DNA of 64,000 nucleotides from Malacoraja senta (GCA_038087875.1 CM075994.1:4652001-4716000), one strand, 5' to 3'; positions 48,691-64,000 are shown, numbered from the stretch's first letter. Notes: generated by a model not told the origin, from the sequence alone. Translations and numbers: made by a program.

Positions 48691-50091
48691 TAATCCATTC
48701 TCTGCACCCTCTTCCCCTTCTCTCTTACAGAGTCTGTCACCGGTTTTGGGAAGAATTTCTGGCAGTTTCTCAGCTGCCAGCCTGCCAGGTCTGAGTAAAT
48801 ATTCTGTCAGGCCTCAGCGACTGAGCTGCCAGCCCTAGAATCAATTTGGCCCACAATGTCCATACTAGCCCTCTGGATACCAGTCCCTTCGGCCCATAAC
48901 ACCCATACAAGCGCAACTGAAAGACCCCCCCACTGGCCAGCAATAATGGAATAGTGGAGAGGTGGAATATTGCGTTGGGTGACCAGCCCTCCGGTGTGAT
49001 GCTGGGACCCAACGGGTCCCACTTAGTCTAGTGTATATATACACACACACACACACATTTAAATATCGTATGCTTTTACTGACCTTTAATTTGCAGCAAG
49101 TCTTTCTGTTTTTCTAATTCTGAAAAAATTGTTCCATGTAGAGATCCAATTTTGTTTTGCTTTACAATATACAATTTAACTTTGTTCGACAACAAATTTA
49201 TAAAACCCAAAATTATTTATTAAACTAAGAAAATACACCAATTCATGCCAATAATGAACGCTCTGTAAATTTTGGTTGTGAAGCATGTGCCTCGTAGATG
49301 GAACCCCAATTTATTGTATTCTCATCGACCTCTCTATGCAACCCATTTCGAACAAATAGTTCGGTGGATACTGAACTTCGAATAGTTATGTATTCCCTTT
49401 CATGTTGTCATCCGTTTCCAGCCATGCTTTGGCCTCGATCCCCCCCCGTCAACTCCAGTCCCACTGAAAAACTGAAGAATGCTACCGAGCTGAAACGTTC
49501 TATCCGGTTTCTCCAGAGAAGCTACCTGACCCTCCGAGTTAATCAAGCACCTTGTGTCAATGTTTGATATAAAACAGCATTTGCCGTTCCTGCCCATCGC
49601 TCTCGATAGCATAATTTCGATTACCATGTCAATTCACATTCTAGTATGTTTAACCTAACTTTAATAAAACGAAGCACAAACTGAAAACGTAACTTTTTAA
49701 TGCATGAGGCCGTTCTGTATAGATTGCAGATATGGTCGCGAAAAGACTGTTGGCATTGCACTGACTCAGGTATTATTTTCAAATGATCTACTGATAAACG
49801 AAATCACCGGTAGTCCTGACCTTGTAGAGTGTTTCCATATACCTATAATATTACAATTGTGGGACAATACCACGTTTATTGAGAACACGCACATATTTTA
49901 AATATGTAATCATCTCTTTAAATTAAATATTTTTAATACCTACCTGAAATTTTGATTATCAATCTGTTCTCTGAAGTTAAACGTTGGTGAAAAAAAAGTC
50001 CAGTGAATGCCAGCGATTGTGCATTGACATCAATTTTAATCTGATAATTGTTTTAATAACGATTCTTGAAAAAATAGGATAATATATGTAA

Positions 50092-51636
50092 CTAGTCCTA
50101 GTGCGGACCCGTTGGGACCCGTTCCCCCAACGCAATGTTCACCAAACTGCGCATGTGCGGCTGAAAGACCCACTTGCGCAGTTGCGAATTCCGCGTTCAC
50201 AGTCGTTGACGGCAGAAATTAAGGTCAAGTTAATAATTTGAAGAGAAGAACCGTGGAGGCGTTTGTAAAATAGAAGGAAACATCCCCGTGGAGCAGTTAC
50301 GTCCCCGCTGTGACGCCAGGCAAGTACAGGCCAAAGGAAAAAAATGTTGATCTGAAAATCTGCAAATGGCCCAACTGCACAGGCGCGGCTGACGGGTTCC
50401 CGTTATTCAAATCAGAATCACACTTTATTCGCCAAGTATGTTTTGCTCCAGCGATGGAATCCCGCAGAGCTCGCCGGAGAATGTGATCCGAAAAATAATC
50501 ACATGTCCGGCAAGATAGGAACTTGAAAGCAAGTTTTCCCACGCCCCCCCCTGCCCCACATAAAACAAACCGAAGAACATTCAAACAAACTTTAAACACA
50601 CTAAAACAAGTTTCCCCGATCCCCATTCCCCATAAAACAAACCGAAGAAAATTCAAACAAACTTTTAACACAATAAAAAATAACAAATATAATGCAAAAA
50701 CGAACAGACTACCGGCAGGGCATCCATCGCACCGACGCCCCTGGTGCTCGACGCCAGAGATCCCGATTGTGACGTGCACGGGAACCCTGCCCCAACTGCG
50801 CAGGCGCAGCTGACAAGTGGGGTGCTGTTTTAAGTTATTTTATGTTTTAAATGTACATAACTTGTAAAATATAACATTAATTTGAAAGAAACGTGGTTAG
50901 TACCCACGGCAGGACAATGGTGAATATGCTGGGCCTAACACTGTAACGCTATCGTGTACCATGTTCGCGGACTTTCAGGAACACATGGCACGGCAAAATG
51001 GGAAAGTGATTTTTTGTGTGTAAAATGTCAATACCTTGTAAAAGATAACATCCATATGAAGGGATCTAGGCTACGGCACACCACATGACAGCGTGAGTAA
51101 AGTGGGCTTAAAATTGTAGCGATATCGTATACCGTTTTGGCAGAGTTTCGGGAACACGCATACATAGAAACGAACAAACAAACATACAAACACACAAACA
51201 AACTAACTAACAAACAAACGAACAAACGAACAAATAAACAAACAATCAATCAAACAGACAAACCTGTGCCGTTGACGGAAGAAATTAAGTTAATATTCAT
51301 AAAGTGGAGGTGTTTGTAAAACAGAAATAAACTTAGCCTTGGAGCCATTGGGGCCCCGTTGTCAGGCAAGTGGAAGCGAAACAAATGGCGATCTGAAACG
51401 CGGCAGAGGCCCCAACTGCGCAGGCGTCGCTGAGGACCCGTTGTGTGCAATTTGTGACGCCAGTCAAGAAAACACGGAGATATTAGGTGAAACATCCACA
51501 AAATTAAAGTTTATTAAGGTGAATACTTGTCAAATCGAACGAAACGTGCTCGTGCACAACACAGGACAATGCTAAGTAAGCTGGGCCTGAAATTGTATCG
51601 ATATCTTGTACCGTTTGGGCGGTGTTTCGGGAACAA

Positions 51637-51638
<2 letters not shown>
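50092..51638 (-). mobile_element. Non-autonomous Helitron-like element, minus strand
   Basis: Reverse-complement end gggtcccaacgggtccgcactaggaCTAG|t at 50092-50120; internal repeats of gggcctaaaattgt..atcgtgtaccgt-like units. Confidence 0.7.
50405..50750 (-). mobile_element. Deleted non-autonomous retroposon with Rex1/Babar-type tail
   Basis: Minus-strand tail acatacttggcgaataaagtgtgattctgatt, like the LINE tails at about 15940 and 62930; 5' T-rich/G-rich layout as at 30028. Confidence 0.55.

Positions 51639-51696
<58 letters not shown>
51639..51696. repeat. (TA)n microsatellite between head-to-head Helitrons
   Basis: Direct observation. Confidence 0.98.
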
Positions 51697-51698
<2 letters not shown>

Positions 51699-51949
51699 CT
51701 AAAAGTCTGAGCTTGACCGCCCCCCTTCCCCTTCCAGGACCAGAGGATTTTTCCCATCGATGAAAAATCAGAGAGATATTAATGTTTTTAAGAAATTCCC
51801 CATTCTCTCTGCTGCCCCCGCTGGCGGCAGGGGGAGGGAGTATACAACTCGGAAGAGTTGTTTCTCACTCAGTCTCTGCCAGACCCAGGAAGCGAGAGGG
51901 TCACGGCACTCTGAGCTGCGAATCTACTCCACGGTGAGTCCCCTCGATG

Positions 51950-53225
51950 TGGTTTTCAGGGAACTGATGTGTATTTTGTCGGCTTGCTTGCTAGCTCGGT
52001 GTTTTTCCCCGCAATTGCTTTGCGTTTTTAAAGGGCTTTTCAGCGAACTGATGAGTATTTTATCGGCTTGTTCAGTGTTTTTTTCCCGCAATTGCTTGGC
52101 ATTCTTAAACTTGCTTTTCAGCGAACTGATGTGTATTTTGTCGGCTTACTTGCTTGCTCAGTGTTTTTTCCCGCAATTGCTTGGCGGTTTTTAAAGGGCT
52201 TTCAGCAAACTGACGTGTATTTTATCGGCTTGCTTGCTTGCTCAGTGCTTTTTTCCCGCAATTGCTTGGACATTTTATAATTGCTTTTCAGCGAACTGAT
52301 GAGTATTTTGTCGGCTTGCTCACTGTTTTTTTCCCGCAACTGCTTGGCATTTTTAAACTTCCTTTTCAGCGAACTGATGTGTATTTTGTCGGCTTACTTG
52401 CTTGCTCAGTGTTTTTTTCCCGCAATTGCTTGGCGTTTTTTAAAGGGCTTTCAGCGAACTGACGTGTATTTTGTCGGCTTGCTTCCTTGCTTAGTGTTTT
52501 TTTCCCGCAATTGCTTGGCGTTTTTTAAAGGGCTTTCAGCGAACTGACGTGTATTTTGTCGGCTTGCCTGCGTGCTCAGTGTTTATTGCCCGTAATTGCT
52601 TTTGCGTTTTTTAAATTGCTTTTCAGCTAACTGATGTGTATTTGGTCGGCTTGCTTGCTTGCTCAGTGGTTTTTTTCCCGCAATTGTTTGGCATTTCTTA
52701 AAGGTCTTTCAGCGAACTGATGCGTATATGTCGGCTTGCTCGCTTGCAGTGTTTTTCCCCCGCAATTGCTTGGCATTTTTAAACTTGCTTTTCAGGGAAC
52801 TGGTGTGTATTTTGTCGGCTTGCTCGCTTGCTCAGTGTGTTTTTCCCGCAATTGCTTGGCGTTTTTAAAATAGATTTTCAGCGATCTGATGTATATTTCG
52901 TCGGCTTGCTTGCTTGCTCAGTGTTTTTTTCCGCAATTTCTTGGCGTTTTTAAAGGGCTTTCAGCGTACTGATGTGTATTTTGTCGGCTTGTTCGCTTGC
53001 TCAGTATTTTCTTCCCGCAATTGCTTGGTATTTTAAAGCCTGCTTTTCAGCGAACTGATGTGTATTTTGTCGGCTTGCACGCTTGCTCAGTTTTTTTCCC
53101 CTCAATTGCTTGGCATTTTTAAACTTGCATTTCAGCGAACTTATGTGTATTTTGTCGGCTTGCTTGCTTGCTCAGTTTTTTTTTCCCGCAATTGCTTGGC
53201 GTTTTTTTAAAGGGATTTCAGCAAC
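51950..53225. repeat. About 85-bp tandem repeat, about 15 copies
   Basis: Unit ttcagcgaactgatgtgtattttgtcggcttgcttgcttgctcagtgttttttcccgcaattgcttggcgtttttaaagggct. Confidence 0.95.
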
Positions 53226-53589
53226 AGTTTTCGGATGCATAAAGTGAATGAACATTTTATTAGATCAGAACTGTGCTTAATTTTAAAATTGGCGCTCATT
53301 CTATGATTTTCGCTTGGTTGCAAAATGGCGCCGATGACGTCATTTCCGGTTAGCGGCATGCTGGCGCTGAGTGCGCCATTTCCGGTTCGAGTGGGTGACG
53401 TCAAGATGGCGCCGAGTGCAGGTGCTGTTGAATAATCCATGAGTTTACTGCTCTCTATGTTGAGTGTATTTGTTGGATTTTATTTAAAGCATGATTTTGC
53501 TTCAGCAGCAGCCTGTACAGCAGGCTTTAAAGATTCGTTTTACAAACTGTATATTCAACACGTTCTGAAGTTACTTGGCATTTTAATAT

Positions 53590-54618
53590 TGTGTGTGTGT
53601 GTGTGTGTGTGTGAATGTGTGTGTGTGTGTGTGTGTGTGTGACTGTGCGTGTGTGTGAATGTGTGAGTGTGTGTATGAGTCTGTGTGTGCATTTGCATGT
53701 GTGTGTGTATGTGCGGATGTATGTGTGTGTGCATGTGTGTGTGTGCATGTGTGTCAGTGTATGTGTGTGTGTGAATGTGTGTGTATGTGTGAGTGTATGA
53801 GTCTGTGTGTGTGTGAGTGAGTGTGTATGTGTATGAGTGTGTGTGTGTGAGTGTGTATGAGTCTGTGTGTGTGTGTGAGTGTGTATGTGTATGAATCAGT
53901 GTTTGGGTATGAATCTGTGTATGAGTCTCTGTGTGTGAGTGTGTATGTGTATGAGTCTGTGTGTGTGTGTATGAGTGTGTATGTGAGTGTATATGTGTAT
54001 GAGTCTGTGGGTGTGTGTGAGTGTGTATGAGTCTGTGTGCGTGAGTGTGTATGTGTATGAGTCTGTGTGTGTGAGTGTGTATGAGTCTGTGTGTGTGTGT
54101 GAATGAGTCTGTGTGTATGAATCTGTGTGTGTGAATGTGTGTGTGTATGAGTCTGTGTATGTGAATGTGTATGTGTGTATGAGTCTGTGTGTGTATGTAT
54201 GTGTGTATGTTTGTGTGCGTGTACGTATATGTGTGTGAGTGTATGAGTTTGTGTCTGTGTATGAGTCTGTGTGTAAGTGTATGAGTCTGTGCGTGTGTGT
54301 AAGAGTATGAATCTGTGTGTATGTGTGTGTGTGAGTGTACGTCTGTGTGTGTGTGTTCGTGTATGAGTCTGTGTGTGTGTGTGTGCATGTGCGTGTGTGT
54401 GTGTGTATGAGTCTGTGTGTGTGTGCATGTGTGTGTGTGTGTGTGAATGTGTGTGTGTGTGTGAATGAGTATGTGTGTGTGTGAATGAGTCTGTGTGTGT
54501 ATGAGTATGTGTGTGTGTGAATGAGTCTGTGTGAATGAGTGTGTGTGTGTGCAATTACTGTGTGTGTGAATGAGTCTGTGTGTGTGTGTGTGTGTGTGAA
54601 TGAGTATGTGTGTGTGTG
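53590..54618. repeat. (TG)-rich compound microsatellite
   Basis: Direct observation; related shorter tracts at 42060-42120 and 42705-42880. Confidence 0.97.
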
Positions 54619-55138
54619 ATCAACAAATAACAAATAGCACAAATAATATAGTCGTTCGTAGTTCAGTACTTATTTCTTATATTTAAAAGCCTGTTGGCTA
54701 TCAGGAAGAAGCTATTCCTCAATGTAGATGTTACAGTTTTCAGTTTAGAAAAGTCGGGCATCAGTCAGTCCACAAGCCGCGAGAGTCAGTCAGTCCAAAG
54801 GCCATGAGTTAATCCCAAGGCAGTGAGTGAGTCCAGTAAGTCACTCACTGCTCCCCTCCACTAACATCCCCCACCTCAAGACGCTGCCCACCGCCTGGCT
54901 ATAGGATGCGCCCCGTCCTGCCCCCTACTGAAGCCGCCCACATCCCCGGCTGGAGGACACCCCCTCTTTCTCATCAGCTCACGAGAGCCCCCGATTGAAG
55001 CTATGCGCCTCCCTTGGCTGGACGACGTTTACCAACCCCACCCCACCCTGACAGCCCCCGCCTCAAAAACATGTTTTGCACAAATTTTTCAGTGTTCATT
55101 AACAACTGAAATTGTCTTTATGCTAATTTTTCGACATC

Positions 55139-55750
55139 ATGTCAGGAAAAGGGACAAAAAGAACTGCAGGATGGTCAAAGCAGCGGGCAGTGGAACATTG
55201 AGCTGCAACAAGACTGAGAAGGGAACGAGAGACCGAAGAAGAAACATCTCAACGTCTCGCAGATGACCGAGAAAGAAGACAAAGAACAAAGGATCAAAAG
55301 GCGGAACCAAAAAGAACTGAACGTTTTGAGGTTCATCGAGAAAAAACGCAAAGCACAAGGGGTGATGAAGAGATGCTACGAAGAAGTGAGCGTATCAAGG
55401 ATCGACAAGAAAGAACACAAAGAAGGGATGAAGAGAGACAAACAAAAATAACTCAATGTATGTATGATCAACAAGAAAGACCACAATGCAGTAGGGATGA
55501 ATACACACCACAATGACAAAGTGTGCGTCTGAAGCTTGAACGGAACGATCGCAAACAAGAAGGCTTCAAGAGACAGGAGATAAAAAAAATATTAAAGACT
55601 GGATGAACAACAGGCCAGAGACAAAATGCACAACTGGTGAGGAGAACTCTTTCTTCTGATGTTGGACAAATGACAAAGGTTTGCCCTCACTGTCGAGCGT
55701 ACCGTTTCCCTGGAGAAACCACCAACTTTTGCTGCATGAATGGTCAAGTG
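55139..55750 (+). pseudogene. Helitron RepHel N-terminal remnant (charged repeats plus zinc finger)
   Basis: ATG at 55139: MSGKGTKR..*AATRLRRERETEEETSQRLADDRERRQR. Later VGQMTKVCPHCRAYRFPGETTNFCCMNGQV, matching the Helitron GxMxxxCxxCxAxxFxxE..CCxxG motif. Internal stops. Confidence 0.85.
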
Positions 55751-55806
55751 AATATATACAAATATTGGCACAAATTTAGGTTCAAACAAGATGACCGATT
55801 TACAAA

Positions 55807-58075
<2,269 letters not shown>

Positions 58076-61000
58076 ATGCTTTGACCTATATATGTAATGC
58101 TTGGAACTATCCCTCACTACATTAAATTCATTTAGAATTATGAATTTAATGTAACCCCGCCTTCAATTGTTCACCTTTGTATTGACGATTCATGGTTGCG
58201 TTTTTCAATTCTAAATACAAAGATAACATAAGATCAATCAATTAGCTCCCAAAAATTTACAAGTGTCTTTACATCAATTCTACTCAAACGAAATGACAAA
58301 TTAGTTTTGAGGAAATACAAAGACAACGGAAGATTGATCAGTCAGCGGCGAGGAAATGACTCGGATCTCTACATCAGTTCAACTCAAACGAACTGGGGAA
58401 ATAATGAAAATATGTTCCCTCATTTGAGCGTAATATGTTCGATTTACAAAATCTGCGTTCAAGATAACCCAATTGCTATTGTGTTTATAAATTGACTGAT
58501 TCTGAATAAGATAAAACAAATAGGGATAACATACATCACTTGTTGCGATAGACTTTGATTTGAATGTAGATTACTTTGATTTCCAGTGTGTTATTTATTC
58601 GGTGCTTTGGATGAAAACTTGCATTTAATTGCTCGACATTGATTGTTGCTTATTAACATTAAATTAATTACCGTTGTCCTTGTCAAGCAATTGTTTCTCT
58701 GAAAAACACAAATCTGCGTTGTCTTTAAAGTTCGAAATCTCATTTGTGTACATGCACTAGGTTAAGTGTGTAGAAATGTTTATGACCTAAAGGCAGCGTT
58801 TTATAACGAAATGAGCAGGGCAAGATGCTCTAAGCAACCACAGTTATACTTGTAAAAATGGGTTTGAATTGAGGTACTACTTGAAATTTTGAAGCGGTGA
58901 CCTGCACAGAAAATGTGCGCATTTGTGCACAAAAACAAAGCAAGTGCAAGTGCAACCTTGCGCGTAATTCGCAAATAGAATCATAGATTCAGAATCAATC
59001 ATCTGTGACTACATTCCGGAAAAGGATATTTATATTAATGTTGGATGTTCTAAATCGAACAACCTGCAATGGCAACACAATTGGAAATAATTTGATAAAA
59101 CCACGATTCTGCAAATTTAATATTCGGCGAGTGACCGCTAATAGTTTGCAATCGATGTATGAAGTCCCACCCAGTCAATTGCTTCTACATTTGTGCCCGT
59201 GCATCCAATGTAATTAAATTGAAAACAAACTGTAACGGTGTTGTGCAGTAAAAGGAAGTACAAGAAAGTTTTCAGTAATTATCTTCCACCTTATACTGAA
59301 TTAGGTAGGTAATACCACTATGTTTAATTCACTTCTGTGAGCTAGAATGTTTAAAACAATATATTCCATATATGTATACCTTGTATTATAGATATAATAA
59401 TATCATCCGTTTCGAAGTGACTTAAAGCAGTGTTTAGTAGAGCTCGGGGACTAACCTCCTTGCAGATAATTAACTGCTCATTGATGGGTATTGTTGACAG
59501 CTGGGTTCTATCAAAGATATATTTTATTACTTGAGGAATCGTTGGAGGTGTGGAATTTTCGTGAGAGATAAATGCGAAGCATGGTCTCCGATAAATCAGA
59601 TGAGGAATCCCGCACAGATTTGAACTAGAAATAAATCATTGAAATCTGGTCCAGAAAAGTCAGTGATGGCCTGCCAGATATTTCCACACATGTATTTGGT
59701 TATGTGAGACGACCAAGATGATGGACAGTGGAATATACGAATCTTAATATGCATTAAAGTTTGGGTTTTATTTTACTTCCTTTTCTAAACACAGACTGAA
59801 ATCTCCGAAATACATTTCCCCGTTCTGAATACGGTATACGGAGGTGTGAAATGATTGAATATATGTACTAACTTGTGGATTCCCGCAGATTTTGAATTTC
59901 TGATAAGAAAAAAGGATTATAAATCGCTTTGCATGATAAATGTCAGCAATGTAAATTAAATAACATTATGTGGAAGGATGGATATTGCACAGAATTGCGA
60001 TTTTCGAATAATTCCTATCATATTACCTGTTCTCAATTCACCTAAACGTCCATCTAAAAATAATAAATGAGTCAAGCGAATGTTATTACTCCAATACGTA
60101 AATTTACAATCAACTTAATTATCAATCATTTAACTTTTATTTTTTCTTGGCCGTTTGATTGTGATTACTAAGTAAACATGGTATTCTGAATCAATTAAGT
60201 GGAAAACTGCTAACTTTATTTTGATACTGTTCTTTAGTAGCTACATTGAAAACAAGTAATGTTTTCAAAGTCAGAATCTACAGTCTAGAAATTGGCCTCG
60301 GGCAAAATAATTGATGTCAAATTTATGAAATGTGATATCATAACAGCTACGTTTTAACACAAGTGTTCTATTTTCTGCCTTAGAATAGATATAATTAGAG
60401 TTTAAGAAAACAGAAAATACACTGAAAAATAGCTACCGTTAGCACGATCGCTTAAAATAGTAACATTTTAATGCATTAAAATGAATTCCCCAACTGAAAT
60501 GAAAGCTAAATGTGGGTACTTTTCTTCATGGCTCACCACAATTTTCATACTTCATATCCTGTGCTGAATAATGAGAACAATAAAAAAAGATCATGACAAT
60601 CAAGTTTTTGATCATTTCCACATTATCATCGACGTATTTTTTTCTTTGTCATCATCATTTTTGTACGGCTATGCAAAAATCGCTAACTATAGTTTCCATG
60701 TATCTATTGAGGCATTATTTAGGATTCTACCTTTCTCCATTTCAATGATCTTATTTTCTGTTAAAATAAAATGAGTCCGTGAAAGGCTATTATTACCGTA
60801 TGTCCGATAGTTCGCAATAATCAGTTCAGTGACATTCCAAGTGAAATCAAACTGCTTAGACATGTATATGGTTTAATCGGATATAACATTAGCAAGGAAT
60901 TTCACGACGAATTCGAGAGTTCGTTGTTGAATATTGTACCCTACAGTACGTGACGAAATGCATTGCTTTTCTGCCATTCGTATTTGGCGATAAATTGAAT

Positions 61001-62912
61001 CTCGCCAGATGAATACAAAGCAAGAACTCAATGGAATTGGATGCAGCAAAATTATCTCAGCCATACTTTGTTATATTGAACCCATCCAGAAAACAATCCA
61101 GAGATGTAAATGATATCCCCATCAACGCATTTCTCTCCAAATCACAGTAAAGCTATCGTATTGTAAATACCTGCAATTCGAAGCAGCTTTGACAATACAG
61201 CCTTTTCTGATAATATCAAAAGAAGGATAGTCAGCATCATATGTATGTAGTATGTTTTATTTTATGCACGATACAGTTGTGTGGTGCATAATATGGTGCT
61301 TGCTCCTACCTTAACATGCCACACAAGGGGATGCCTGGGGGTGTCCTGTGAGTTAAGATTCAAAAAGCAGTAGGTCTAATGTTTAGAATCGACGTGGCTC
61401 TGTGTACAGTGCAATTAACTGAACACGAATCTGTTGCTCCTCTTCTTATGTACTGCATGGATATATGAATACAATGAGATGCTGCTGAATACTTAACGTG
61501 TGTGTCGGAAAAATGAGACCGTAGCAATTGTTTTCACAATGTTGAGAAAACAAAATGTGTTCGATATTTCTTCTGTCCATTAGCCACATCGCAGAACCCG
61601 AGCTCAGCAGCAAATTTGTTAATATCATTACGTCAGCCATTTCGGCTTTATTTCTCTCAATACCAGCAATCGAAAATTTATTTTTCTCGATTGATTCCGA
61701 TTACATTTTCTAATCTCATTCACTGTTCCATCTCCACATGCCATTTTTTACTCGCTCGGATTTGATGTTTGTACATAAAATTCCACTACGCTCATTGTCC
61801 TCAATTCATTCTGCCAAAATAATATACTTTACTTTTTGCACAATTTCCATGTGTAATTTAATTTTTCCCCTTACTTTACATGATTGAAGCTGGGCATCCT
61901 TCTGAGAAGCACATATATTGCTGGAGTAGCTCAGTGGGTCAGGCAGCATCTCTGCACAGGATAGATGCATGCCGTTTCGGGTTGCGACCATCGTTCATAC
62001 AGCTTTTCTCCAAAGATGTCACCTGACCAGCTGAGATATTCCTTTTGCATGAACCAGGGCTTGCAGGTCATTGTTGAAACATCGTTCTCACATATCGATT
62101 TGTATTTTGGCCCTTGCCTTTCAGGCATGTCTACATTAGCAAATTACTTCCAGGACTCTGCATTATTTCTAGGCTGTAAACTAGAGCACGTATTTTGATT
62201 TTTTCCTACAGATATTTTTTTCACCTCCACCCCAAGTTCCATAGTTATTGTACACTCATTTCGAACGGTCGTCACGTCCGAAAACTCAACCCGTTTCATG
62301 CGGGAAGGCACAATTCAAAGGATCCGATAGCGGGAGCAATGTGAAATGAAGGTCGAATGATGTGCGCACCTCGGCCTTGAAACTAAATCAAAATAAGCTA
62401 AATATTTAAATTTTTGCATTACAGTGTCCAGTGTTGAATAAGCTATACTTCTTCACGTTCATTAATTTTCTTGAATATGTTTATCTACACATTTGGTAAT
62501 TGCCAAGTATTAAGCAACGTCTATCAAATGTCCCTAAACGGAACATAATCAATTATCCCATTCACAATACGTAAAATTGAGCAGTTAACTTTCTTCGTGT
62601 ATTCGAAATACGTTTTCAAACAAGTTTATGCACTTGGGATAGGAAATAATAACACAGCCAACTCTAAAACTATTGAGCAGATGGAGAACAAATCTCCACC
62701 AGAATGTGAAATGATCTGGCGGGTATTTTTTTAATAGAATATATTAAGATGATTAATTGTAATGGATGCTTCTGCGTAAACAGAATGGACGAACTGGGTG
62801 GAATCACTCAGTATTCTGGCTGAAATTCATTGAAATTGTTTTCTTTTTAGCGTATTCATGCATTATCGGCGAGTTATTTTAAGCACCAGTAAAAATCATG
62901 GGGTAAGCATTT

Positions 62913-63765
62913 GAATGAATGAATACGTTTATTGGCCAAGTATGTTCACATACAAGGAAATTGCCTTGGTGCTCCCCTCGCAAGTGACCACATGACATAC
63001 AGTGATAAATAAGAATTATACATAAAACAAAAAACGTTAAGAATAAAACATTATCGATTAAACATTTGAATTAAAAAAAATACCAGAGCGAAATGAGGCG
63101 AAATATTTTTGGTTATTGAGTAGAGCTACTACTCGTGGAAAAACGCAGTTTTAGTGTCTGGCTGTGGCAGCTTTGACAGTCAGGAGTCGCCGTCCAAAGG
63201 AAAGTGCTTCAAAGAGTTTGTATCCATGGTGAGTGGGGTCAGAGATGGATATACCCGCTCGTGTCCTGGCCCTTGCCTAAAGTTATTCAATGGAAGGAAG
63301 GTTGCAGCCAACAACCATCTCAGCTGATCGGACGATTCGCTTCAGCCTCCGGGTGTCGTGCTTGGTGGCTGAGCCAAATAATACCATGATAGAGAAGGCG
63401 AGGACAGACTCTACGATGGCTGTATAGAATTGGACCATTAATGCCTGTGGCAGATTGTGTTTCCTCAGCTGCCGCATCCTCTGTTTTGCATATTTGAGTG
63501 CGCAGTCGATTTAGCACCCCCCCTCCCCATTTAAGGTCCTTGGAGATCATGATTCACAGGAACTTACAATACTTCACGGATGAGACTCTAGTGTTGTTGA
63601 TGGCGAGTGGGGTGAGGGGAGGTGGAGCTCTCCTAATGTCCACAATCAATTCAACTCTCTTAACAGGCATTATGATCCACGTTGTTGCGATGCCACCAGG
63701 ACGCCAGCTGTGTCATTTCCTGTCTGTAGGCAGATTCCTCTTCTTCCTGTGTCAGTCCAATTCAG
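62913..63765 (-). mobile_element. Rex1/Babar LINE 3' fragment
   Basis: RQLRKHNLPQALMVQFYTAIVESVL, homologous to 15940-16790; (ATTC)n tail at about 62913-62925. Confidence 0.88.
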
Positions 63766-64000
63766 TTTAAAATATGCTGTTGTATTTATAACTCCTTTCA
63801 AAATATCTCGTGGACAGATTGCAAGATTTAATCGTCATATATGTAATGGCATATTACCTTTCTCCCTTAATTGATTTTCTCTATCTATGAATAGAATACG
63901 TACACATAGCAGAGTAAAATAATAATGATGATATTTTCTTTGCTCATCACGTTTGCTGTTGAAAGAAAATGGAGTTTCTACTCACGATCGCTACACGTGA

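Larger units (their letters stand above)
41516..49031 (+). mobile_element. Internally deleted Helitron hosting nested CR1 and LTR insertions
   Basis: Perfect hairpin GGGACCC-AAC-GGGTCCC (49004-49020) plus CTAG|T (49028-49031). Pif1-helicase remnant at 47780-48209. Segments 41660-42710 and 47605-47775 are homologous to 53225-53590 and 54920-55095. Confidence 0.85.
51694..55800 (+). mobile_element. Helitron 5' half with RepHel N-terminus, 3' end missing
   Basis: Starts tattactaaaagtctgagcttgacc; shares blocks with 39296 and 41516 elements; coding remnant at 55139-55750. Confidence 0.8.

Noticed and set aside
39652..53225. Regularly spaced repeats as CRISPR arrays
   Set aside because: Units are contiguous with no unique spacers, there are no cas genes, and the context is eukaryotic.
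59456..59624. Assignment to CATSPERB from LIYRRPCFA resembling LWYNERCFA
   Set aside because: Single weak motif; other segments fit the gamma subunit better, and I cannot decide by eye.

Overview
Eukaryotic, repeat-dominated genomic DNA with a 200-N assembly gap at 31417-31616. The HE1-like SINEs and abundant CR1, Rex1/Babar, Penelope and Helitron families suggest a cartilaginous fish such as a skate or ray (inference). I find no intact protein-coding gene. Most of the window is nested, disabled transposons plus micro- and minisatellites. Four things stand out. (1) A 142-bp TSD-flanked retroposon at 14009-14150 whose first 54 nt fold into a minimal HDV/CPEB3-type self-cleaving ribozyme. (2) The AT-rich spacers between transposons carry decayed minus-strand exon remnants that read colinearly like CatSper auxiliary subunit gamma (CATSPERG), apparently as about three tandem pseudogene copies. 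(3) A chimeric ORF joins a Gypsy gag fragment, a 7-aa repeat and decayed ASPM-like IQ repeats. (4) A Helitron cluster at 39-56 kb carries RepHel remnants and promoter-like modules, with three-level nesting (Helitron > chimeric CR1 > miniature LTR element with an inverted integrase fragment). All protein similarities were judged by eye against recalled family motifs. No searches were run, and many boundaries are approximate.
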